From assembly GCA_018693315.1 (NCBI GenBank), contig JABHLR010000008.1, positions 42,472-106,471 of the forward strand: a stretch of DNA of 64,000 nucleotides. The letters run 5' to 3'. A program made the translations under genes and the position numbers. The stretch comes from an archaeon (GTDB lineage Archaea > Nanobdellota > Nanobdellia > Pacearchaeales > GW2011-AR1). The notes below the pieces were generated by a model. That model was given only the letters and a program-made list of their open reading frames with translations. It did not search any database and was not told the origin of the DNA. This document shows positions 8,286-16,106 of this stretch, in pieces (the first letter of the stretch is position 1; every line of letters starts with the position of its first letter).

Positions 8286-9254
8286 ATGGATAATGGAATC
8301 CTGATACTGGCTGACCCTAAGGGAAATGCTTGGGGGTTTGCGAAAGAGGTTTATGAGAAGTTGAATTCTAATCCGTCGAGGGACCGGAAATATAGTTTGG
8401 GAGAAGTTGAGATTATCAAGTTTAATGATGGGGAATTATTTATTCAGGTTTTGACTAATGTTCGACAGAAGACTTGTTTTTTTATTCATGATTCGTCGAT
8501 GAATCCGCAAGACTGGACGATTTCTTTGGCTGAGGTTAATGATGCTTTAATGAGGAGCAGTGCGGGGAAGGTGAATAATGTTTTGCCGTATATGAAATAT
8601 TCTAGGCAGGATCGAATGTCTGCTCCGCGAACTCCGATAACTGCTGGTGTTCTTGCGAAGATAATTGGCCTCGAGGCTGATCGGGTGATAACTACTGATT
8701 TGCACAATTCTGCTTCGACTAGCGCTTATGCTGTCCCTTTTGACAATTTGAAAGCGTATCCTGTTATTGTTGGGCATCTTATGAATAATTATCCTGATTT
8801 TTTGAGGAACCTTGCGATTGTTGCTCCTGATGTTGGGAGCGCGGAGAGGGCGAAATCTTATGCGAAGAGACTTGGTGGAAGTGTTGCGATTGTTGATAAG
8901 TCTAGAGAGAAGGCTGGGATTGTTGGGAATATGACTGTTATTGGTGATGTTGACGGGAAGAATGTTTTGATTGTTGATGATATGATTGATACTGCTGGGA
9001 CTTTGTGTAAGGCGGCTGAAGTTTTGAGGAATAATGGGGCTTTGAAAATTTGGGCGTGTGCGACTCATGGATTGTTTAGCAAAGATGCTTTGGATAAGCT
9101 GAAAAATTCGTGTCTTGATAAAGTGATTGTTACTGATTCTATTCCGCAGCAGGATTTAGATAAGGTTGAAATTGTTTCGTTGACTGGTTTGTTTGCTGAG
9201 ACGATATATCGGATTTCTCATGGGCAGAGTGTTAGTGAGTTGTTTAGGAATTAG
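8286..9254 (+). CDS. prs: ribose-phosphate pyrophosphokinase
   Basis: PRPP-binding loop VLIVDDMIDTAGTL and PYMKYSRQDR. 322 aa. Confidence 0.9.
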   Translation: MDNGILILADPKGNAWGFAKEVYEKLNSNPSRDRKYSLGEVEIIKFNDGELFIQVLTNVRQKTCFFIHDSSMNPQDWTISLAEVNDALMRSSAGKVNNVLPYMKYSRQDRMSAPRTPITAGVLAKIIGLEADRVITTDLHNSASTSAYAVPFDNLKAYPVIVGHLMNNYPDFLRNLAIVAPDVGSAERAKSYAKRLGGSVAIVDKSREKAGIVGNMTVIGDVDGKNVLIVDDMIDTAGTLCKAAEVLRNNGALKIWACATHGLFSKDALDKLKNSCLDKVIVTDSIPQQDLDKVEIVSLTGLFAETIYRISHGQSVSELFRN

Positions 9255-9288
9255 TTAGTTTTAAATAGTGATTTTTTTAGGATTAGAT

Positions 9289-9714
9289 ATGGTAGTTGAA
9301 AAAGGTAGCAAGATTAAAGTTGAGTATACTGGTAGTTTTGAAAATGGTGAGGTTTTTGATGCGAGCGAGAAACATGGTGAGCCTTTAGAATTTGAAGCTG
9401 GTGCTGGAATGGTTGTTCCTGGATTTGATAATGCTGTTATTGGAATGGATGTTGGCGAAGAGAAAGAAGTTACTTTGAAACCTGCTGAGGCCTATGGTGA
9501 ACCGCATCCTAATGCTGTTCAGAAGGTCCCTAAGGAAAAGTTTCCTGCTGAGGCTAAAGAGGGAATGATGATCGGTGTTCCTTTGCCGAACGGGCAGCAG
9601 ATTCCTGCGAAGATTACTAAGATTGATGATAAGGAAGTTACGATTGATATGAATCATCCTATGGCTGGAAAGACTTTGGTTTTTAAGATTAAGGTTGTTG
9701 AAATTTTGAAGTAA
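9289..9714 (+). CDS. FKBP-type peptidyl-prolyl isomerase (SlyD-like)
   Basis: KIKVEYTGSFENGEVFDAS...LEFEAGAGMVVPGFDNAVIGM...HPMAGKTLVFKIKV. ATG 9289 lies 26 nt from GTTTTAAATAG; the track start GTG 9268 is less likely. Confidence 0.88.
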   Translation: MVVEKGSKIKVEYTGSFENGEVFDASEKHGEPLEFEAGAGMVVPGFDNAVIGMDVGEEKEVTLKPAEAYGEPHPNAVQKVPKEKFPAEAKEGMMIGVPLPNGQQIPAKITKIDDKEVTIDMNHPMAGKTLVFKIKVVEILK

Positions 9715-9715
9715 G

Positions 9716-9940
9716 ATGAGCGATTTGAAAATATATCTGCGTGGTAGAAAATTTGGACTTTGTGGTGCTGGCGATCATGTTTATGCGAAACGAGATGAGG
9801 CTCCTGGTGTTAAGAAAGATGTGATGTATATTATTACTGAAATTGTTGATTTGGGAACTGGAAGTTGTGGTAGGAATTTGGGGATTCGTGTTTTGTATGA
9901 AGGTGGAATTTATTCTAGAAGAACTTTTAGAAGGTGTTAG
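9716..9940 (+). CDS. hypothetical small protein (74 aa)
   Basis: The ORF starts 2 nt after the FKBP stop. No motif is recognised. Confidence 0.3.
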   Translation: MSDLKIYLRGRKFGLCGAGDHVYAKRDEAPGVKKDVMYIITEIVDLGTGSCGRNLGIRVLYEGGIYSRRTFRRC

Positions 9941-10563
9941 TTTGTTGGAATTTCTCTAAATGGGTCTTCTGTGTTTTCGAGTGTTTCGCAGCTTTTGTCC
10001 ATTAATTCATTATATCTTGAATAGCCGAAGTCGAATGGGTTTCCTTCTTTTTGTTCGGCCTTGTAGAGGACAAGTGAAATTATTGGATCTTCGAAATATT
10101 CGCTGTATTGTCCCCAAATTGATCCGACTATTTTGTATGTCTGTTCTTTCCCTGGCTCTATTTTTGTTTCTTGTTGATCTCTGTAGTAATAATCTAATCT
10201 TCTATACTTCTTTACCGCTGGTAACTCTTCTTGTGTAAACTGAAATTGTATTTTTTGGTTAACGAATTTATATTCGCCGTCGACTTTTTTCTTTATGCAT
10301 CCGATTAGTGCCGGGAACTTGTAATCTTTAGAAAATGTGCCTTTTGTTCTTAGCTTCAGTTCTCCGATTTGGATATTCGCTGCTTGGATGTAATCGTTTT
10401 CTATTGTGTAATTTATTTTACCGAATTCTATTATTGGGACTAGGTGGTATTCTTCTTCTAGTTCTTGGGCGTAGTATAAGCTTAGAAGTAGGATTGCGAT
10501 GAATAACGAAAAGACTATGATGCCCAAATATATTTTGTTTTTAGTTTCCATGGTGGATAGCAA
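9937..10563 (-). CDS. hypothetical N-terminally membrane-anchored protein
   Basis: One N-terminal TM segment (IYLGIIVFSLFIAILLLSLYY), then a soluble domain. It is the last gene of a three-gene minus-strand unit. The start could instead be Met5 (10551). Confidence 0.5.
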   Translation of the reverse strand: MLSTMETKNKIYLGIIVFSLFIAILLLSLYYAQELEEEYHLVPIIEFGKINYTIENDYIQAANIQIGELKLRTKGTFSKDYKFPALIGCIKKKVDGEYKFVNQKIQFQFTQEELPAVKKYRRLDYYYRDQQETKIEPGKEQTYKIVGSIWGQYSEYFEDPIISLVLYKAEQKEGNPFDFGYSRYNELMDKSCETLENTEDPFREIPTN

Positions 10564-10804
10564 ACACCTTTGAGAAATGACGTCCTAGAACCATAAATAG
10601 CACGGCTGAGAAAATCAGAACTGTCATGATGCCCAGTTTTTGTAGATTGAAAACGTCGATCAGGAATCCTGCTGTGAAAATGTACAGGCATATGGATACG
10701 ACGTGTAGAACTGGGTAGAATTTTTTATTGATTGATACTAGGATTATTGCTACGATTAGGCCTATCCAGAATGCTGCCCAGCCGATTACGGGGTACCATA
10801 CCAT
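10541..10804 (-). CDS. small integral membrane protein (87 aa, about 3 TM)
   Basis: Hydrophobic throughout. It overlaps both neighbours. Confidence 0.5.
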   Translation of the reverse strand: MVWYPVIGWAAFWIGLIVAIILVSINKKFYPVLHVVSICLYIFTAGFLIDVFNLQKLGIMTVLIFSAVLFMVLGRHFSKVFAIHHGN

Positions 10805-10980
10805 TATATGTTTGCCTCCCTCATTAGTTCGCCGACGGTGAAAGTTACTACGACTGATACGATTAGTAGGATTAATTTGATTGTGTCGTCAAGGTTCGCG
10901 ATGAATTCTGCTGCGAAGTAAATTGCGGATAGGAAAATGAAGGCTATTCCGACTGCGTAGAATACGTGATGTATTTTCAT
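10804..10980 (-). CDS. small membrane protein (58 aa, 2 TM), not in ORF track
   Basis: Own translation: MKIHHVFYAVGIAFIFLSAIYFAAEFIANLDDTIKLILLIVSVVVTFTVGELMREANI*. Its TAA overlaps the next ATG by 1 nt (ATATAATGG). Confidence 0.45.
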   Translation of the reverse strand: MKIHHVFYAVGIAFIFLSAIYFAAEFIANLDDTIKLILLIVSVVVTFTVGELMREANI

Positions 10981-11030
10981 GATACTGTAAGAAGAATGTT
11001 GTTTATAAAGTTTGTTTTCTGTTGTTTAGT

Positions 11031-11405
11031 ATGGTAAATTTTAGGGAATATGTGACGGCTTCGGGCTTGAAGGTTTTTGGGGGGCGTGATGCTGAGAATA
11101 ATGATAAGTTGGTTGGCGAGGCTGGGAGTAAGGATGTTTTGTTGCACACTTCGGCACCCGGGAGTCCGTTTGTTAATGTTGGCGAGTCACCTTCGAAGAA
11201 TGATTTGAAAGAGGCTGCGGTTTTTTGCGCGAAGTATTCTCAGGATTGGCGTGATGGGAAGCGGGATGTTGTTGTGAACAAGTTTTTGCGGAGTGATATG
11301 GATAAGTCGCCGAAGATGAAAGCTGGAACTTGGAGCGTTAAGAAACAGGAGAAGATTAAGGTTAAGAAGAGTGATATTTTTGCTTTTGAAAAATTAATTG
11401 CTTAG
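11031..11405 (+). CDS. NFACT-R/DUF814 domain protein
   Basis: VFGGRDAENNDKL...DVLLHTSAPGSPFV matches the DUF814 signature as I recall it. GTTTATAAAG lies 25 nt upstream of ATG 11031. Confidence 0.7.
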   Translation: MVNFREYVTASGLKVFGGRDAENNDKLVGEAGSKDVLLHTSAPGSPFVNVGESPSKNDLKEAAVFCAKYSQDWRDGKRDVVVNKFLRSDMDKSPKMKAGTWSVKKQEKIKVKKSDIFAFEKLIA

Positions 11406-12212
11406 GTTTTTTAGAACCTCTTCTTTCATGGCCTGGATTGGGGGTTCGATGCCGAGCCAAATTCTTAGGGACTGGGCGCCCTGATGGACTAGCATATTTA
11501 CTCCACTGATTGTTTTGCATCCGATTGATTCTGCGTCTTTGATGAGTTTTGTTTTTAGTGGGTTGTAGATTACGTCGAAGATTATGTGGTTTGGTTTTAG
11601 GGATTCTTTTGGGATTGGTGATGCGTCTTCGTGTGGGTGCATTCCTAGAGATGTTGTGTTTACGATGATGCTGATTGTTGGTAGATATTTTTCGAATGTG
11701 GATTGGTCGAAGCTGATAACTGTTGCATTGAGATTTAGTTGTTCGTTTAGATCTAATGCTTTTTGTCTTGTTCTGTTGGCCAGGAAAATTCGTGCTTCGG
11801 AATTTTTTAGCGAGGTAAGAATTGCTCTTGACGCGCCGCCAGCTCCGATGACTAGAATGTTTTTGTTGGCTAAAGAAATGCCTTCTTCTTTTAGTGATTC
11901 TAAGAATCCTATTCCGTCTGTGTTGTATCCTGTTTTTGTTTCGTCAAATTTGACTGTGTTTACTGCTTGGATATCTTTTGCTGATTGGTCTAGCGCATCC
12001 ATTAGTTTCATTACTTCGACTTTGTGTGGGATTGTTACGTTGATTCCTGCGAGGTCTGTTTGCTTTATGAATTGTTCTAGATTTTCTGGTGCGACATCGA
12101 AAGCTTCGTAGGTGTGTGGGAGGTTCATTTCTTTGAAGACTCTGGTGTGCATGACTTTTGATAGGCTGTGGCCGATTGGGTGGCCGATGACGCCGAATTT
12201 TTTTGGTTGCAT
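11394..12212 (-). CDS. aroE: shikimate dehydrogenase
   Basis: GVIGHPIGHSLSKVMH, NVTIPHK, YNTDGIGF, VIGAGGASRAI. Confidence 0.9.
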   Translation of the reverse strand: MQPKKFGVIGHPIGHSLSKVMHTRVFKEMNLPHTYEAFDVAPENLEQFIKQTDLAGINVTIPHKVEVMKLMDALDQSAKDIQAVNTVKFDETKTGYNTDGIGFLESLKEEGISLANKNILVIGAGGASRAILTSLKNSEARIFLANRTRQKALDLNEQLNLNATVISFDQSTFEKYLPTISIIVNTTSLGMHPHEDASPIPKESLKPNHIIFDVIYNPLKTKLIKDAESIGCKTISGVNMLVHQGAQSLRIWLGIEPPIQAMKEEVLKNLSN

Positions 12213-12253
12213 CTTTGAGATAGACTTAAAAGGTTTAAAGAGCTTTTTGTTTT

Positions 12254-12499
12254 ATGAAGCAGATTAAGAGATTGCAGCTTGGGAAGAATGGACTTACGCC
12301 TGCGTTTATTGAACAGGTTAAGAGTATTTTTGAGAGTGAGACTTTGATTAAGATTTCGATTTTGAAGGCGGCGTGTCGGGATAAGAAGGATGCTGATAAG
12401 ATTGGAAAGGATTTGGTTGAGGCGCTTGGGGTGAAGTATGATTATAAGTTGGTTGGGTATGTTTTGACGGTTGTGAAGTATCGGAAGGCGCAAAGGTAA
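12254..12499 (+). CDS. YhbY/CRS1-type RNA-binding protein
   Basis: LQLGKNGLTPAFIEQVKSIFESETLIKISILK is typical of the CRM domain. 81 aa. Confidence 0.75.
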   Translation: MKQIKRLQLGKNGLTPAFIEQVKSIFESETLIKISILKAACRDKKDADKIGKDLVEALGVKYDYKLVGYVLTVVKYRKAQR

Positions 12500-12583
12500 G
12501 ATTTATATAGTGAATTTTTGATGAGTTATTAGGTTAATGAGCTTCGGCTTATCTATCTCTGCAAAGAGAGCCTGAACAAGAAT

Positions 12584-13198
12584 ATGGCAAGAACAATATT
12601 TACGAAAGACCCTGTGAAGTTTATCCCAGCTTTGGCTGCGGCTTTGAAGAGTGTTCCTGAGTTTGAGGTTCCTGAATGGGCTATGTTTGTTAAGACTGGT
12701 GTTTCTCGAGAGAGGCCTCCTGTTGATGATGATTTTTGGTTTACTCGATCTGCTAGTATTTTGAGGCAGTTGTATATTCATGGTGTTGTTGGAGTTGGGA
12801 AGTTGAGGACGCGTTATGGTTCTAAGAAAGATAGGGGCGGTAAGCCTGATAGATTTAGAAAAGCTGGTGGGAAGATTATTCGAGTTATTTTGCAGCAGGC
12901 TGAGGCGGCTGGATTGGTTGAGAAGATTGCGAGAATGCAGCACGGTCGAAGGTTGACTCAGGCTGGTAGAGATTTATTGGATTCTATTGAAGTTGAAGAG
13001 AAAGCTGGTTTGAATTTTGAGGATGTTGCGGCTAAGCCAATGGAGGTTGTTGAGCAGGATACTGATATCGAGGAAACTACTGAAGAGGTAACTGAGGTTG
13101 CTGAGGACAAAGGCGAAGCCCTCGTCGGGCATGACTCTGGTGAGCCCGAGGTTGTTGAAGATATCAAAGAAGCTGAGGAGGCTAAGGATGGCGAGTAG
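12584..13198 (+). CDS. rps19e: 30S ribosomal protein S19e (eS19) with about 60-aa acidic C-terminal tail
   Basis: VPEWAMFVKTGVSRERPP...DFWFTRSASILRQLY...GGKIIRVILQQAEAAGLVEK. Confidence 0.9.
   Translation: MARTIFTKDPVKFIPALAAALKSVPEFEVPEWAMFVKTGVSRERPPVDDDFWFTRSASILRQLYIHGVVGVGKLRTRYGSKKDRGGKPDRFRKAGGKIIRVILQQAEAAGLVEKIARMQHGRRLTQAGRDLLDSIEVEEKAGLNFEDVAAKPMEVVEQDTDIEETTEEVTEVAEDKGEALVGHDSGEPEVVEDIKEAEEAKDGE
13117..13146 (+). repeat. 30-nt interspersed element, copy A (inside rps19e tail)
   Basis: agccctcGTcgggcatgactctggtgagcc matches 54437-54466 at 28 of 30 positions, in the same reading frame (ALVGHDSGEP / ALNGHDSGEP). Confidence 0.85.
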
Positions 13199-13403
13199 GA
13201 AGTTTAAGGCTAAGAGTTCTAAGAAGAGACATTTGGATAGAGCGAAGAGGCAGACGAAGTGGGCGCCGTTTTGGACAGTTTTGAAGAAGTTTGGGAAGGG
13301 TAAGAAGATTCATCCGTCGAGGATTACACATGTTAAGAGGAATTGGAGTAGGCAGAGTTTGAAAATTAAACCGAGAATTATGAAGAAGAAGAATTTAGGA
13401 TAA
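13188..13403 (+). CDS. rpl39e: 50S ribosomal protein L39e (eL39)
   Basis: MASRKFKAKSSKKRHLDRAKRQTKWAPFWTVLKK...HPSRITHVKRNWSR. The start is at internal ATG 13188, not track start 13098. It overlaps rps19e by 11 nt. Confidence 0.85.
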   Translation: MASRKFKAKSSKKRHLDRAKRQTKWAPFWTVLKKFGKGKKIHPSRITHVKRNWSRQSLKIKPRIMKKKNLG

Positions 13404-14146
13404 TGGCAGAAGATAAAGAAACTAAAGTGGAAGAGAAAAAGGTCGTTAAGAAATTGGATGATGTTAAGGATACTCCTGAGAATAAAGCGGCTTTGGCTGA
13501 GGCTGAAGGTAAAGTTGTTGAAGCTCCTAAGAAAGAAAAGAAAGATGCTTCTGCTGAGACTAAGTTTGATAAAAAGAAATCTGAGAAGAAAGATAAGGGC
13601 GAGAAGGTTGAGCTTGAGAGAGAGTATGTTGTTCCATTGAAGAGGGGAGTTTTGAAGGCGCCGCAGTATCGGAGGGCTAAGAAAGCTGTTAAGGTTTTGA
13701 AGGAATTTATGGTTAGGCATATGAATGTTCGTGATAGTGATTTGAGGAAAGTTAAGATTGATATGCATTTGAATAATGAGTTATGGTTTAGGGGAATTAA
13801 GAAACCTGCTAATAAGATTAAAGTTAAGGCGAAGAAGATTGATGGTATTGTTTATGTTGAGTTGGCTGAGGTTCCTGAGGTTGTGAAGTTTGCTATGGCT
13901 CGAGAGAAGAAAGCGGCTGAAGCTGCGACTGCTGTTAAGACTAAGGCTCCTAAGAAAGTGAAGGAAGATAAGGATGACGATAAGGATAAAGACGGAGTTA
14001 GTGACAAGAAGGAAGAGGCTGAGGATAAGAAGTCTGGGGCCGAGAAAGCTGCTAAAACTAATAAGGCTGTTTCGAAGGAGATGAAGCACACTGCTCAGGG
14101 GAAGCATGCGAATAAGTCGATGCCTGTTAGGAAAGTTTTGAAGTAG
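13403..14146 (+). CDS. rpl31e: 50S ribosomal protein L31e (eL31) with Lys/Glu-rich N- and C-terminal extensions
   Basis: Core EREYVVPLKRGVLKAPQYRRAKKAVKVLKEFMVRHM...VKIDMHLNNELWFRGIKKPANKIKV. TAATG overlap with rpl39e. Confidence 0.88.
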   Translation: MAEDKETKVEEKKVVKKLDDVKDTPENKAALAEAEGKVVEAPKKEKKDASAETKFDKKKSEKKDKGEKVELEREYVVPLKRGVLKAPQYRRAKKAVKVLKEFMVRHMNVRDSDLRKVKIDMHLNNELWFRGIKKPANKIKVKAKKIDGIVYVELAEVPEVVKFAMAREKKAAEAATAVKTKAPKKVKEDKDDDKDKDGVSDKKEEAEDKKSGAEKAAKTNKAVSKEMKHTAQGKHANKSMPVRKVLK

Positions 14147-14194
14147 ATCTTGATTATACAAATTGATTTAAAGGGTAATTCTATATGATTTGGC

Positions 14195-14941
14195 ATGGGT
14201 ATGGGTCGGAGAGGATTTTTGACTGGAACGGCGGCGATTGCGGCTGCTACAAGTATTGGTTCTGCGGAAGAGAAAAAAGTTAGGAGAGATGTTCCTGGCG
14301 ATATTTCTAATGGAAAATTAAAGCACCTTCTTTCTGCGGTTGAGCACCTTCCGTATCTAGCTTGTTTTGAGGATGCCTCTGGAGATGATATGGATTATTT
14401 GGGGCGTAGGATCTCTAGGGGTCTTGGAATGGTAAGTTGTGCTACGTTTAGAAATCCTGAAGCGCACTTGGAAATTATGGCGCATGCTCACAAGAGTAAG
14501 CAGCCTGTTTATATTATGGGATTTGGTGATGGGGCGAAGTATGCTACGATGGCTGCGAATAAGTCTGGGAAACCTGTTAGAATGCTATCTCTTTTTGATC
14601 CTGATGGTATTGCAGATTCGATGATGGAGCCAGTTCCTGGCAATGTTTTGATTCTGGATGTTTATTGTAGCGGGGATGTTAAGGACAGAGGAAGGGCTCC
14701 TGGCACGAAATATTTTAAAAACAAAGGACAGAAGACAGTTTCTTTTTACGAGAAGCATCGGGGAGCTTCTCATGGTGATATTCTTTGGAATGAAAGAGTT
14801 GTTTTGAGTGCTGGGTTGACAGTGCGTGCCGATTTAATTGATATTGAAATAGAGAAGGCTAGGGAAAAAGCTAGGGAGCGCCTTAAAGAGGGTCCCCCGA
14901 AACGAAGGAGATGTACTGATCCGACTCATTTTAATGCTTAG
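14195..14941 (+). CDS. hypothetical exported protein with twin-arginine-like signal
   Basis: MGMGRRGFLTGTAAIAAATSIGSA resembles the Tat consensus (RRxFLx plus a hydrophobic stretch). The body looks alpha/beta-hydrolase-like, with GFGDG where a GxSxG elbow would be expected. Confidence 0.55.
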   Translation: MGMGRRGFLTGTAAIAAATSIGSAEEKKVRRDVPGDISNGKLKHLLSAVEHLPYLACFEDASGDDMDYLGRRISRGLGMVSCATFRNPEAHLEIMAHAHKSKQPVYIMGFGDGAKYATMAANKSGKPVRMLSLFDPDGIADSMMEPVPGNVLILDVYCSGDVKDRGRAPGTKYFKNKGQKTVSFYEKHRGASHGDILWNERVVLSAGLTVRADLIDIEIEKAREKARERLKEGPPKRRRCTDPTHFNA

Positions 14942-14974
14942 ATAGATTTATAGGTTGAATATATATTTAATTTT

Positions 14975-15841
14975 ATGGAGAAGTTACTGAATTTCGGTTT
15001 GATTAATATTGATAAGCCGGCTGGTCCGACATCCTATTCTATTAGTGAGTTTGTTAAGAAATTGTTGGGGCTTGGGAAGACGTCGCATATGGGGACTTTG
15101 GATCCGAAGGTTAGTGGGGTTTTGCCTGTGACTTTGGGGCGGGCTTGTAAGTTGGCGGATTATTTTATTCGGCACGATAAGACTTATGTTGGGATTTTGG
15201 AGACGCATAGGGAGTGTGATATTGAAGAGTTGCAGAATTTGATTGATGATAATTTTGTTGGAAAGATTAGGCAGACTCCGCCTAAGAGGAGTGCTGTTAA
15301 GATTGCCGAGAGAGTTCGGGAGGTTTATCATTGGACTTTAACTGAAAGTGATGCAACTGGTCGTAATTTTTTGTTTGAGTGTCGTGTTGAGGGGGGGACT
15401 TATATTCGTAAACTTTGTAGTGACCTTGGTGAGATGATTGGTGGGGCTCATATGGGTGATCTTCGTAGGACTGAAGCTGGTATTTTTGGTGAGGATAGTT
15501 TGGTGGGGTTGGAGGAACTGGAGGCTGCGGTTGAGAAATGGAAGGCTGGAGATGATAAAGAATTGAAGAAGATGATTATGCCGGCTGAGGTTGCGATAAA
15601 GAAGGTTTTGCCTATTGTTCAGGTTGAGAAGAGGGCGGTTAAGTCGCTTTATGTTGGGAAGCCTCTGTTTGTTAATGATGTTGTTGGGGATACGGATTTT
15701 GATGGCGATTTTTTTGCTTTGTTTTGCGGGAAAAAGTTTATTGGAGTTTACAAGAGGAATGATGTTCGGCCGAGGTCGTTGTCGCCTACTGAGGGTAGGA
15801 AGATTTTTGGAAGGTCGGAGTTCGTATTTACGGATATATAG
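14975..15841 (+). CDS. cbf5: tRNA/rRNA pseudouridine synthase Cbf5 (H/ACA RNP catalytic subunit)
   Basis: LINIDKPAGPTSYSISEFVKK...GHMGTLDPKVSGVLPV (catalytic Asp) plus a C-terminal PUA-like region. Confidence 0.9.
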   Translation: MEKLLNFGLINIDKPAGPTSYSISEFVKKLLGLGKTSHMGTLDPKVSGVLPVTLGRACKLADYFIRHDKTYVGILETHRECDIEELQNLIDDNFVGKIRQTPPKRSAVKIAERVREVYHWTLTESDATGRNFLFECRVEGGTYIRKLCSDLGEMIGGAHMGDLRRTEAGIFGEDSLVGLEELEAAVEKWKAGDDKELKKMIMPAEVAIKKVLPIVQVEKRAVKSLYVGKPLFVNDVVGDTDFDGDFFALFCGKKFIGVYKRNDVRPRSLSPTEGRKIFGRSEFVFTDI

Positions 15842-15946
15842 TAGGCTCCCTTTTAGAAAAAGGTTCCCTGGAATCAAAACTTATATTGCGATTCTTTCAA
15901 ATTACATTTTCTAATAAAAAATGAAATTTGAACTATCGTATTTAAT

Positions 15947-16009
15947 GCGAAATAAAATTCCTTAACGCTTCCGTCCATAGGACAACCTGAAGCTAAAATT
16001 TTATTTCGC
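15947..16009. repeat. 13-bp perfect inverted repeat with 37-nt spacer
   Basis: gcgaaataaaatt (15947-15959) and aattttatttcgc (15997-16009). The spacer contains the nested hairpin gtcc-ata-ggac. Confidence 0.8.
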
Positions 16010-16077
16010 CGACTTGGGCAACTTTCTTGTTAGTAGAATTTGGGTTTATTGAATATATGCTTCTAAGTCCAATAATG

Positions 16078-16087
16078 CTTAAATAAG
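16078..16087 (+). promoter_or_regulatory. TATA-like box for mcm
   Basis: CTTAAATAAG is centred about 24 nt upstream of ATG 16107. Confidence 0.45.
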
Positions 16088-16106
16088 AGATATCTGTTTC
16101 TTTTGT

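Noticed and set aside
13098-13187. Track start for rpl39e at 13098 (101 aa).
   Set aside because: The upstream 30 codons lie inside the rps19e coding region in another frame. The eL39-like sequence begins at MASRKFKAK (ATG 13188).
15842-16106. Replication origin upstream of mcm, and a C/D-box sRNA (AUGAAAU at 15921 ... CUGA at 15987).
   Set aside because: There are no repeated ORB or mini-ORB-like elements and no adjacent orc1/cdc6, and the strand skew does not switch here. The putative C box lacks the second GA dinucleotide of RUGAUGA.
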